DNA of 64,000 bases from Acidobacteriota bacterium (GCA_965218935.1 CBDCMH010000002.1:320899-384898), one strand, 5' to 3'; counted from the first letter of the stretch, positions 1-8,837 are shown. Program-made: numbers and translations. The notes: generated by a model from the letters alone, not told the origin.

Positions 1-113
1 TGTTCAAGCGTCTTAAGGGCCTGTTCGGACTGATTCCGGCTGCTTGGCCCGAAAAACCCAACTCAGCGATCCCTTCGCTGCTTCCACCGGTGGGTACCAC
101 CTGAGCTCAGAAA

Positions 114-380
114 ATGTACTTCCACCACGGGCTGCTAGGGCAGATTGCTGACCCGGCAAGTATTGAACCACTGGCCAAGGTCATAGCTCCGAGAGGTTTT
201 TTCTCGTTTCAAAAGCCAACCCACCCCCTGGTTCGTGCCACCGCCGCCTTCGCTCTGGCCCAAATATCTGATCCTCGAGTGGCTGAAATACTCAGGACCC
301 ACCTGCGAGACAGCGACTGGCGGATTCGACAAACCGCCCATGAGATCGTGAACGGCCAAAACCCCTCTTTTCCCGGTTAG
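114..380 (+). CDS. HEAT-repeat-like protein fragment (possibly 5'-truncated at window edge)
   Basis: ORF with HEAT-like helical repeat motif (PRVAEILRTHLRDSDWRIRQTA); short, no clear RBS. Confidence 0.3.
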   Translation: MYFHHGLLGQIADPASIEPLAKVIAPRGFFSFQKPTHPLVRATAAFALAQISDPRVAEILRTHLRDSDWRIRQTAHEIVNGQNPSFPG

Positions 381-477
381 CTCTGCATAAACGTCAACCC
401 CAGTTTACACCTTTTACCCATCTGTACCCTCGGACCCTCAGAATCGGAGTTAATGGGTGAGCTATTTCTAATAACTT

Positions 478-504
478 GTTGACATATAACTAGTTACGTT
501 AAAT
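478..504 (+). promoter_or_regulatory. candidate sigma70 promoter (TTGACA -35, TAAATC-like -10) upstream of AraC-type gene
   Basis: TTGACA at 478-483 followed ~16 nt later by TAAATC; about 30 nt upstream of ATG at 534. Confidence 0.25.
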
Positions 505-533
505 CAGTCACATCCCTCAAAGAAGGTTCGGAA

Positions 534-911
534 GTGGCACAGGACGTGCTCTATTCCTACCCGATGAACAACGAGGCCTTTCGCTATTATGCTCGCCTGC
601 AAAAGGTCAAGCACTTTGTCGAGGAACATTATTCAGAAAAGATCTCCCTTCAGAGAGCTGCGGGCCTGGCCCATATGGAACGAACGTCCTTTTCTCGCTT
701 CTTTGGCAAAAAAGTAGGAATCTCTTTCACTCAGTGGCTCACACAAGTACGGATCTCCCAAGCGATGAATTTGATGAAAAAGACCAATGCAACGATGAGC
801 GAGATCACTCATGCAGTGGGATTTTCCAATCTTAGGACCTTCCAAAGGGCTTTCAAGAAACTCACAGATTTAACACCTTCACAATTCAGAAAGACGGTTC
901 GCCCTTCCTAA
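534..911 (+). CDS. AraC-family HTH domain protein (short, DNA-binding domain only)
   Basis: Classic AraC-type double HTH (ISLQRAAGLAHMERTSFSRFF...TMSEITHAVGFSNLRTFQRAFKKLTDLTPSQFRK); only 125 aa, no sensor domain. Confidence 0.7.
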   Translation: MAQDVLYSYPMNNEAFRYYARLQKVKHFVEEHYSEKISLQRAAGLAHMERTSFSRFFGKKVGISFTQWLTQVRISQAMNLMKKTNATMSEITHAVGFSNLRTFQRAFKKLTDLTPSQFRKTVRPS

Positions 912-1401
912 CCGTGATCACTTGCCAAAATTCTGTCGCCATCCTGCCACAAATTGCCGTAAACCACGACCGAGTAGCAATTTATCGCTTTTCTTATCCC
1001 TCCTATTCGACGATAATAAAGAGGGTATACTGAGAGAGATTCGGGTCCAAGAAGGGGACTGTCGTAATAATGAGACTAGCCCCCAAAGAGACCAAGAGAG
1101 ATCCATGGCGGGAAGTGCGGGAAACATACGTTGGTGCCTCGAGACCGTTTTCTATCCCTTCTCCTGATCGATCGAGGGAGACCTGACCCGCCCAGAGCCG
1201 GGCGATGGAACGGACGCAGCATGGGCTAACCGACGAGCGGCACAGGAGCGAGGAGCCACACGGACCTCCTCCACCTCAGACCTTTCGGCAGAATAGTTGA
1301 ATCTGTGGGCTTTCTCGGCAGGTTCAACCTCAGTCCGGGTAAGGGTCAAGTCGCTTCGGGTAGCAGAATCTAGGGGAATACGAAGACGACGACAACCCAT
1401 T

Positions 1402-1580
1402 ATGCTTGATCGAAAAGAATCTCTGAATCCAGCCGAACTGGAGAACATACCTTTGTTGAGGGGTGTTGAGCTTGAATCCGTTCAAGGTATTTTAGAAACC
1501 TGTTCTGTGAAGTGCCTAAAAAAGGGTGATGTGCTCATTAATGCCGGACAACCGAATCACTTTCTTTACATGCTTCTTTC
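1402..1580 (+). pseudogene. 5' part of cNMP-binding/GGDEF diguanylate cyclase gene interrupted by IS insertion
   Basis: Crp-like cNMP-binding motif (GDVLINAGQPNHFLYMLLSG) ends at the IS1595 left IR; continues in frame at 5767. Confidence 0.65.
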
Positions 1581-1616
1581 GGGAATTATATACGATAGTA
1601 CCCAAAAACGTCACCC

Positions 1617-2586
1617 TTGATTACTACAATAGTACCCATGAGTAATCAAAACGCTCCTGGAAAGAGCCACCGCAAGGGGCTTTCAGTCAAAGAGTTCTTC
1701 AAGATGTTCCCTGATGATGCCACGGCAGAAAAGTGGTTTGTCGGCCAGCGTTGGCCGAATGGAATTGCTTGCCCTCATTGCGGATCGGTGAACGTCCAGA
1801 CCGGAGCCAAGCATCCCACCATGCCTTACCGATGCCGGGATTGCCGCAAGCGTTTCAGTGCCAAGACGGGAACCGCTATGGGAAGGATCGAACCTCGGCT
1901 TCCAGACCTGGGTTATCGCCATGTACCTCCTCAGCACCGGGATCAAGGGTGTGTCTAGCATGAAGCTGCACCGTGATTTGGAGATCACTCAAAAAACAGC
2001 TTGGTTTATCGGCCATAGACTCAGAGAGTCTTGGGCAAAGGATAAGAGCGTGTTCCAGGGTCCGGTAGAAATTGACGAGACATTTATTGGCGGTAAGGAG
2101 AAGAACAAGCACTCCAACAAAAAGCTCCACTCCGGACGGGGCGGCGTAGGCAAAACTCCGGTGGCCGGTGCCAAAGACCGGAAAACCAACCGCGTCAGTG
2201 CCACCGTCATATCAGGGACCACTCAGGAAGAACTGGAAGGGTTCATTCAGGAGCGGGTTGAACCCGGATCAACCGTCTACACGGACGATCACGGCGGCTA
2301 CAACCGGGTCCGGTGGAACTTCAACCATGCTTCCGTGCGTCACAGTGCTCGCCAGTACGTTGACGGCCAGACCCACACCAACGGGATAGAATCGTTCTGG
2401 GCGCTCTTGAAGCGCGGCTACTATGGAACCTACCACCGGATGAGCGCCAAGCACCTGCAACGGTACGTGGACGAGTTCTCCGGCCGTCACAACATGCGGA
2501 GCCTGGACACCATGGACCAGATGAGGGCCATGGCCAAGGGCATGGATGGGAAGAGATTGCGCTACCGGGATCTGGTAGGGAGTTGA
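1617..2586 (+). pseudogene. IS1595-family (ISXO2-like) transposase, frameshifted (Zn-finger N-term 1617-1958, DDE domain 1858-2586)
   Basis: N-term CPHCGS...CRDCRKRF zinc finger; C-term DDE region (YTDDHGGY...NGIESFWALLKRG). The two frames overlap near 1880, consistent with a 1-nt indel. Confidence 0.8.
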
Positions 2587-2970
2587 TTATTCTCCGTTGA
2601 TGGTGAGAAGCCCTTCGTCTACACCGAGATCCTTGAGTTCGCCAATCAACTGATCCGCTTCTTCTCTGATCTCAGATATGGCTGTTATCGTTTTATAGAC
2701 CTCCGTAGACGAGGGCCAGTGCATAGCGTTTTTTCCAAAAATACTGGGATTTCTGGTGATCTGCTTCGCTGCGTCAACAACTTCCTTCAACTGCTTTTGC
2801 TTAGAGGACTTGAGAACAGATAGTTCCCCCCGTATTGCGCCAAGCCGGTCGAGACGACGCATCACCTCAGCTTGCTTCTCTTCAGATGTCATGCCCTGCA
2901 CTCTATCATGAATCGGGCTTCTCGGAGGACATATGCAAGGGTCAGCGTTGCACTGGATGCAGTAAGTCAT
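2587..2970 (-). CDS. hypothetical Cys-rich small protein inside IS1595 element (possible passenger gene)
   Basis: 127-aa ORF convergent with and abutting transposase stop; N-terminal CxxC...CxC; no recognisable family. Confidence 0.35.
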   Translation of the reverse strand: MTYCIQCNADPCICPPRSPIHDRVQGMTSEEKQAEVMRRLDRLGAIRGELSVLKSSKQKQLKEVVDAAKQITRNPSIFGKNAMHWPSSTEVYKTITAISEIREEADQLIGELKDLGVDEGLLTINGE

Positions 2971-3019
2971 TTTGTATCCCTATTCTAGCTTAGGCAAAGA
3001 TATTCCTCAACCACGCGAA

Positions 3020-4511
3020 TTGCCTCATCAAAAATCTATTCGAAATGGATACGTTGCCTCATTAAAAAATCTATTCGAAATTGCCTGGCCCTGAGCAGGG
3101 GAATAGAAGTGTCCTCCATGAAGGAATGGAGGGCACCAATGAGGTTAACGATGGCAGAAAAGCGTGTATTGATCAAAAGTTTTGCCCCCCGCTACCGGAA
3201 GAAGGGCAAGAAGGTGAAGGGGGAAGTGTTGACGGAGTTTACCCAAATGACGGGCTACAACCGCTGCTATGGAGCCTATCTGCTTCGCCACCAGGGCAAG
3301 CGGATCCGGTTGAGCCCCAAGCTGGTGGCGGTAGGGGATATCGGCAAGAGAGTACGGCGAGAGCGGGCCCGCAAATACGACCAGAAAGTTCTAAAGGCGC
3401 TGACGATGATCTGGGAGATACTGGACTATTTGTGTGGCAAACGTCTGGTCGCGATTTTGCCGGAAGTGGTACCCATTTTACAAAGACATGGGGAACTGAA
3501 AGTGGATGCCAGCACCCATGAGCGGTTGATGCAGATCAGCGCCGCCACCATCGATCGGCTGCTGGAGCCCGAAAGGTGCAAGCACCGTCTCAAAGGACGA
3601 TCCGGAACCAAGCCGGGAACGCTGCTCAAACACCAGATTCCGATCAAGCGTTTCGCCGACTGGCAGGAGGATCGCCCCGGTTTTGTGGAAGTGGACCTGG
3701 TGGGCCATGAGGGAGGCCAGGGTCGGGGGGACTACCTTCAAACCCTGGATGTGACGGACGTGTACACGGGCTGGACAGAGGTCCGAGCGGTGCGCAATAA
3801 GGCCCAGGTGTGGGTCCTGGAAGCGATGAAGCTGCTTCAGAAGCGCTCGCCCTTCCCTTGGCTGGGGATGGCTTCGGACAACGGCAGCGAGTTCATCAAC
3901 AAGCACTTGATTCGTTTTTGTGAGCAGGAAAAGATCAGCTTCAGCCGAACCCGCCCTCGCGCAAGAATGACAACCCTTATGTGGAGCAGAAAAACTATTC
4001 GGTGGTTCGGCGGGCCGTGGGTTATGCTCGCTACGAGGGAGAGCGAGAACAGGAGCTGGTGAACGAGTTGTACGATCGGCTGCGACTGCAGATCAACTTT
4101 TTCAAGCCGGTCATGAAGATGGTGGCCAAGCAACGTCGAGGGTCTCGGATCTGGAAAAAGTATGATGTGCCGAAAACTCCCTACCGGAGGATCTGCGAGT
4201 CCCCTGAGGTGGCGGACAAGATCAAGCGGGAACTGGCCCGAGAGTATGAGAAGCTCAATCCGGCCCAGCTGGCACGGCAGATCGGCTGGCTTCAGAATTG
4301 CCTTTTGCTCAAACCGACTCCTGAGCAGAAGAAACGATGGGAAGCGGGCTGGATGTGAAAATCTTTCTCTTGCTGCAGGCTGCGGGTGTTGGGCAAGGGG
4401 TTGCCACTCCTCTGGTTGGTGCTTTTTACCACCACTTTTTGCAATCCCTTTCGGATAGATTCTTAGTGAGGCAACGAATACCCTTTGGAATAGATTTTTA
4501 CGTGAGGCAAC
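3020..4511 (+). mobile_element. ISNCY-family (ISDol1/IS1202-like) insertion sequence nested in the IS1595 element
   Basis: Subterminal/terminal repeats TTGCCTCAT(C/T)AAAAATCTATTCGAAAT at 3020 and 3053 and inverted copies ending 4475 and 4511; encloses transposase ORFs. Confidence 0.6.
3109..4358 (+). pseudogene. ISNCY-family DDE transposase (rve core), frameshifted near 3960-3985
   Basis: Integrase-core motifs (VDLVGHEGG...DNGSEFINKHL). A frame switch lies between SRTRPR and (K)NDNPYVEQKNYSVVRR, which continues in ORF 3981-4358. Confidence 0.8.
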
Positions 4512-4535
4512 GGGCCACGGTGATCTCCACTGACT

Positions 4536-4727
4536 TCACCTTTTTCGGTCCGCATTTATTCCCATTATGGCAGAAATCAATAAGGCTAAAACCCAGGCTA
4601 TTGCTGCCAGAAAGCCTACGAATTGACGTACCAAGTCAGAACCTTCCCCCCATCTGACCCAAGCGGTTAGAGGAGATCCATACACGCCCAACAAGCCCAT
4701 CAGAAGGAATGTCGCTATCCACCACAT
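4536..4727 (-). CDS. small two-TM membrane protein, translationally coupled to upstream secreted-protein gene
   Basis: ATG 1 nt after stop of 4729-5022 gene; 63 aa with two hydrophobic helices (WWIATFLLMGLLGVYG / FVGFLAAIAWVLALLISAIMGI). Confidence 0.4.
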   Translation of the reverse strand: MWWIATFLLMGLLGVYGSPLTAWVRWGEGSDLVRQFVGFLAAIAWVLALLISAIMGINADRKR

Positions 4728-4728
4728 C

Positions 4729-5022
4729 TCATTCTGAGACGATGGTACGCCACGTCCTGGAACCGACGTAGGAGTTGGAGGAGTAGTCATACCCATCGTC
4801 GAACCACCAGCTGCTTCCAGTGCATTGATCCAGCAGGATAATGGCTTTACTGGCGTGATAAGCCGGTATCTCGAAGCGGCAATCACTCTCCGGCTCTTCC
4901 GTCTCGACGACGGTTTCAACTGGATCCTGGGCATGGGCGGCCTGGCCACCGGAACCGGCGATCCATCCGGCCAGCAGGCAAAAGGCCATCAGCGCAACTG
5001 CGATAAGTCTGGTTGAATTCAT
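4729..5022 (-). CDS. small secreted protein (signal peptide), IS cargo
   Basis: Internal ATG at 5022 preceded by strong RBS AAGGAGG 7 nt upstream; N-terminal signal peptide MNSTRLIAVALMAFCLLAGW...AHA; Trp/Cys-containing mature part. Confidence 0.45.
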   Translation of the reverse strand: MNSTRLIAVALMAFCLLAGWIAGSGGQAAHAQDPVETVVETEEPESDCRFEIPAYHASKAIILLDQCTGSSWWFDDGYDYSSNSYVGSRTWRTIVSE

Positions 5023-5293
5023 AGCGGTATCCTCCTTGCGATTGTGTTCCCCGAGCGGACGACATGGCCGCCGGGCCAGTCGCCAAAACACGTCACGCAC
5101 TGTATGCGGAGTCCCACTTGTTCCCCCAGAAAGGGTGTTGTATTCAGCGGGCAACCCGACGATGGGGTGCACGCAACGTGTTTTGGCAGGAAGGAGTATA
5201 CTATTAATTGTTTTCAATGAAACGTTTTTTCTTAGAATTATTCAGATGGGTGGTATATCCTCTAGGCTGGAGTCTAAAAGGAGAAACGACACC

Positions 5294-5470
5294 ATGAAAA
5301 GGCACAACGGAGCGAGTGGGAGAAACAAGGAAAAGCCCACCCTAAAGGTCAAGCCCCGAAACTACCACCCCACCAAGGCTGAGCTTGAGGAGGACTTGAG
5401 CATCCCCGAGGCCACACCTGAGAAGCTGGCAAAGGCGGTTATCAACTACAACCGAAACAAGAGGGGGTAG
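5294..5470 (+). CDS. small basic hypothetical protein (58 aa), IS cargo
   Basis: ATG preceded by RBS AAAGGAG; possible beta-strand plus two helices (RHH-like guess). Confidence 0.3.
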   Translation: MKRHNGASGRNKEKPTLKVKPRNYHPTKAELEEDLSIPEATPEKLAKAVINYNRNKRG

Positions 5471-5516
5471 CCCCAACGCTTCGCCTAGCATCTTTCAACG
5501 CAAGGAAAAGGGGAAA

Positions 5517-5723
5517 ATGGTGACAGACAGAGTTGTTAGATTTCAGGTCGAATGCAAAAACAAGTGCCATGAAAAGTCTCCGATGTATGTTGAGTGTCGG
5601 GCAACTCCAGGAGTAAGCCAACTCAACACCTGGGCGCTCACGGTGAGTTGTCCGCAATGCAAAGAGGAAATCCGTATTCCTCTAATAGCCGAATGGGTTG
5701 GACCGATTAAAGTCGGCTCTTGA
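5517..5723 (+). CDS. small zinc-ribbon protein (CxxxC...CxxC), IS cargo
   Basis: RBS AAGGAAAAGGGG before ATG; two Cys pairs (CKNKC, CPQC); ends just inside IS1595 right arm. Confidence 0.4.
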   Translation: MVTDRVVRFQVECKNKCHEKSPMYVECRATPGVSQLNTWALTVSCPQCKEEIRIPLIAEWVGPIKVGS

Positions 5724-5766
5724 ATAAGGGCTCTTGGGTACTACCGTATATAATTCCCCTTCTTTC

Positions 5767-6556
5767 GGGTCGCTTACGTATTCACCTTGAGCTTGAGTTG
5801 GATCCCATTGTGGTTTTGGAACAAGGAGAGATCGTCGGCGAACTCTCTCTCATCGATGGTCAGCTGACCTCAGCCCATGTCGTTGCCGATCAGGAGTGCC
5901 GCCTACTCGTACTCGGCGACAAAACACTGTGGTCTCTGGTTGTTTCTTGCCACGCCGTCGCTCGCAATCTCTTATTTGTCCTGGCTCAGCGTTTACGCCA
6001 TGGAAATTCTCTCATCTTGACAGCTCAACAGTTAAAGCCCCTCGAGAGCTACGCGGTTATCGATGTTCTTACAGGCCTGCATAACCGTCATGGGCTGGAT
6101 ACCCTACTGGCACAGGAAATGCGACAAAGTCAGCGGGGGGGTTCGGCTCTCTCTTCACTGCTCTTTGATATCGATGGCTTCAATAGCTACAACCGCTCTC
6201 ATGGACATCGAGGGGGTGACCGTGTCCTTTATACAATCTCACGGACTCTGCGAGAAGGCATAGGTGAGAAGGGATTGATTGCGCGCTACGACGGAGATCA
6301 GTTCCTCATCCTTTTGCCAGGCACGGATGCCCGTGCTGCCGAGGAGACCGGCGACCGCCTGCGTGGCGAGGCTTGCCAGGCCAAAATAGTTCAAGCAGAC
6401 CAGCGTCCTTTGCCCCCCGTTACCCTCTCGGGTGGTCTGGCCGAAATGAGCGAAGAGGATACGCCCGTATCGTTGATTGCCGCAACCAAGTGGGCCCTTC
6501 ATCAAGCTAAGAGAGAGGGAGGCGATCGTTTGTCTCGGGTTCACCGTCCCCGCTAG
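5767..6556 (+). pseudogene. 3' part of interrupted cNMP-binding/GGDEF diguanylate cyclase gene
   Basis: Continuation of cNMP-binding domain (GEIVGELSLIDG) followed by a GGDEF domain (GLHNRHGLD...RYDGDQFLILLPG...). It is in frame with the 5' part once the IS and one TSD copy are removed. Confidence 0.7.
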
Positions 6557-6581
6557 CCCAGATTATGCATAGGTTCTCGTC
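6554..6581. repeat. half copy (inverted orientation) of ~60-bp palindromic repeat family
   Basis: TAGCCCAGATTATGCATAGGTTCTCGTC equals the reverse complement of the right half of the copies at 6792 and 8353. Confidence 0.55.
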
Positions 6582-6791
6582 ACGAATCGACGAAAGCGCC
6601 GACCTGAGTGCGTTGCGCCACGCGCGACCCGCAAGCGGATGTCCCGAAGCCCCCGCAAACGTACTCTCTGCAGTACGTTACAGCACTATATCTATGAAAC
6701 GAGGCACTAAGGAGGCTTATAGAGCCCTGTAACTTATGTCCAGATGGTGGTAGTATGGAAGTATAAGCATTTTGCTCCGGTTGAACGGACC

Positions 6792-6851
6792 GAGCCCGGA
6801 TGATGCATGAATTCTCTACTGCAGCGACGAGAACTTATGCATAATGGGCTA
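6792..6851. repeat. ~60-bp palindromic repeat (arms GAGCCCGGATGATGCAT / ATGCATAATGGGCTA around CTGCAG core)
   Basis: Near-identical to 8353-8410 copy. Confidence 0.6.
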
Positions 6852-6870
6852 ATGAATTCATGGGGATAAG

Positions 6871-7260
6871 ATGAAAATAAAACTGACTCAGAATTTATTT
6901 GGCGTCGTCCTACTTCTCAATGTTGTCTTGTTTCTCAATATAGGTTGTTCCTCAGCAACGAAAAATTCAGGTTCATTGGGCGACCCTTTGGAAAGAATTT
7001 CCGTTCGGAGATCTCCGGCAGCTGGAGTATCCATCACCAGAACTAAAGAAGAAGACAAGTATGATTTTTACATATCTTTGCTCGATGAATCTGGGGAACC
7101 CTCCAGAACCTATATCGTCAAAGGTTTCGGCGAGCAAGCCGAGGCTCAATTCTACGGAAATCTCAATTCTGTGATCATCAACAATGAGCGTGAAATCCTC
7201 TATGCATTGGTTGTCGATAAAGACATTGAATATCGCAGACATGTAGATGATCCGCAATAA
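6871..7260 (+). CDS. putative lipoprotein (lipobox LNIGC) in AT-rich segment
   Basis: Signal peptide plus lipobox; AT-rich region bounded by palindromic repeats and IS481. Confidence 0.45.
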   Translation: MKIKLTQNLFGVVLLLNVVLFLNIGCSSATKNSGSLGDPLERISVRRSPAAGVSITRTKEEDKYDFYISLLDESGEPSRTYIVKGFGEQAEAQFYGNLNSVIINNEREILYALVVDKDIEYRRHVDDPQ

Positions 7261-7295
7261 CTGGAACCCGTACTCTCCTATCCACTCTGACTCCT

Positions 7296-8355
7296 GTCCT
7301 AGCTGTGCATTCTCAAGACATTGTTCAGAAGGGGAAGTCTGCTGATAGGAGGCAGGCCACCCAGGCTCTGATGTTTCCGGTGATGATTATAGAAGTGAAG
7401 CCAGGGGCGAAGCCAGCGAATACGGTGGCCTGAACTGCGGTAGGAGAAGCGGTAGGCCCACTCACGGAGGAGAGTCTGGATCAAGCGCTCTGCTTTGCCG
7501 TTGGTTTGAGGCCGGTAAGGACGGGTGCGGAGGTGGCGAAGGCCCAGTTGCTTGCAAAGACCCTGGAAAGCGTGGGAGAGATAACAGGAGCCGTTATCGA
7601 TCAGGACCTCTTCCACCCGGATGCCCCGCTCTTGGAACCAGAGGACGGCTCGGCCGAGAAAAGCCATGGCCGAGTGTTTACGCTCGTCAGAGAGGACTTC
7701 GACATAGGCCAATCGAGAAGCATCGTCGATGCACACATGGACAAACTCCCATCCCACTCCCCGAGCTCGGCGCCGTTTATCTCCGGTGATGCGATGCCCC
7801 ACGCCAGCAATCTTGCCCAGTTTTTTGATGTCCAAGTGCAACAACTGTCCAGGATGGTCGCGCTCGTAGCGACGAGTGGGCTGTGCAGGCTCCAGGTTCT
7901 TCAAGCGTCCCCATCCGGCTTGTTGGAGGATTCGGGCCACGGTGGAGCGGGCCAGACCCAAACGAGCGGCAATCTCGGCTGCCACCATTCGACGGCGGCG
8001 AAAACGGCAGATCGCCTCCCGATCCCGCCTCGGGGTTTGACGGGGACTCCTTCTGGGTCTGCAAGACCGGTCTTGCAGACCCAGAAGGCCTTGGGCTCGA
8101 TAGCGAGCCAGCCACTTGTAGACCGTCCTCTCACTGATACCCAGCGACTGGGCCACATCCTGGACCGATTGGCCTTGCTCTTTCACTCGTTGGATGATCA
8201 GTTCTCGACTTCTTGGGCAGGTTAGGGCATTGTGGTGGATGTCCATTCGGGTTCTCCTTTCGGTGCTGGTGGTTTAATCTTCCAATCAGCTTTACCGAAA
8301 AGGCTCGGATGGACAACCCCTTTTACTGAACAACCTGTTGAGAGTTCACACCTAG
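7296..8355 (-). mobile_element. IS481-family insertion sequence with imperfect ~30-bp TIRs
   Basis: TIRs CTGAACAATGTCTTGAGAATGCACAGCTAG (left, rc) vs CTGAACAACCTGTTGAGAGTTCACACCTAG (right). Confidence 0.8.
7299..8246 (-). CDS. IS481-family transposase (HTH + rve DDE domain)
   Basis: N-term HTH plus LQDRSCRPRRSP motif; DDE integrase core (HLDIKKL...DNGSCYLSH...YRPQTNGKAER). Confidence 0.9.
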   Translation of the reverse strand: MDIHHNALTCPRSRELIIQRVKEQGQSVQDVAQSLGISERTVYKWLARYRAQGLLGLQDRSCRPRRSPRQTPRRDREAICRFRRRRMVAAEIAARLGLARSTVARILQQAGWGRLKNLEPAQPTRRYERDHPGQLLHLDIKKLGKIAGVGHRITGDKRRRARGVGWEFVHVCIDDASRLAYVEVLSDERKHSAMAFLGRAVLWFQERGIRVEEVLIDNGSCYLSHAFQGLCKQLGLRHLRTRPYRPQTNGKAERLIQTLLREWAYRFSYRSSGHRIRWLRPWLHFYNHHRKHQSLGGLPPISRLPLLNNVLRMHS

Positions 8356-8410
8356 CCCGGACTATGCATTCTCTACTGCAGAGACGAGAACCTATGCATA
8401 ATCCGGGCTA
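8353..8410. repeat. ~60-bp palindromic repeat (TAGCCCGGACTATGCAT...ATGCATAATCCGGGCTA)
   Basis: 17-bp inverted arms around CTGCAG-containing core; abuts IS481 right end. Confidence 0.6.
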
Positions 8411-8425
8411 GAAAGATCCCTCTCT

Positions 8426-8725
8426 ATGGAACCTGATGATGTAGTGGAACGGATCAAAAGGAAGGCTCTGGCCATGGAGCTGGGTGAGGTCAGTGTCCAC
8501 TATCGTGGGTCTACGGGGGGAATGGAGGACCTTTTTGACATTACCCAGGGGGAAAGGTTGACGCTCCTACGCCTCCTGCCTCAAGACCCGACTTCTGAAA
8601 ATCGAGAGGGGGCACTGGATCAACAAATAGAGAAAGTCCTTCAGGCCCTCAGCCAACAGCAGCCCGACCTCAGCCTTCTGGTGTATCCCGTCAGCGAAAG
8701 TGGGACACATAGGGCCGAGAGTTAA
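8426..8725 (+). CDS. hypothetical protein
   Basis: 99-aa ORF with coding-like composition between IS481 and IS3; followed by GC hairpin 8744-8767. Confidence 0.3.
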   Translation: MEPDDVVERIKRKALAMELGEVSVHYRGSTGGMEDLFDITQGERLTLLRLLPQDPTSENREGALDQQIEKVLQALSQQQPDLSLLVYPVSESGTHRAES

Positions 8726-8743
8726 GAGAGAGTTGGAAGGTTT

Positions 8744-8767
8744 GAGGGGGTGAGATCTCACCCCCTC
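8744..8767 (+). terminator. GC-rich perfect hairpin (GAGGGGGTGAGATCTCACCCCCTC)
   Basis: 10-bp stem; no clear U-tract. Confidence 0.3.
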
Positions 8768-8837
8768 AAAGGGCTGATCTTGACAGCCCATCAGAGCAAG
8801 CCGATGCTGGTCATGGCACAACCAAAAGGAGAACGCT

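Larger units (their letters stand above)
1581..5758 (+). mobile_element. IS1595-family element (~4.18 kb) with 22-bp terminal IRs, 8-bp target duplication, nested ISNCY and cargo ORFs
   Basis: IR-L GGGAATTATATACGATAGTACC (1581-1602) and IR-R reverse complement with one mismatch (5737-5758). Flanked by direct repeat CTTCTTTC (1573-1580 and 5759-5766). An 8-bp TSD is typical of the IS1595 family. Confidence 0.6.

Noticed and set aside
3081-3521. 146-aa ORF overlapping start of ISNCY transposase
   Set aside because: Alternative frame of the transposase gene; Gly/Pro-rich junk translation.
1581-5758. Alternative reading: left and right IRs belong to two separate IS1595 copies (composite transposon)
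   Set aside because: There is only one transposase gene and no internal IR copies. The perfectly matching 8-bp TSD and restored host reading frame fit a single insertion event of one unit.
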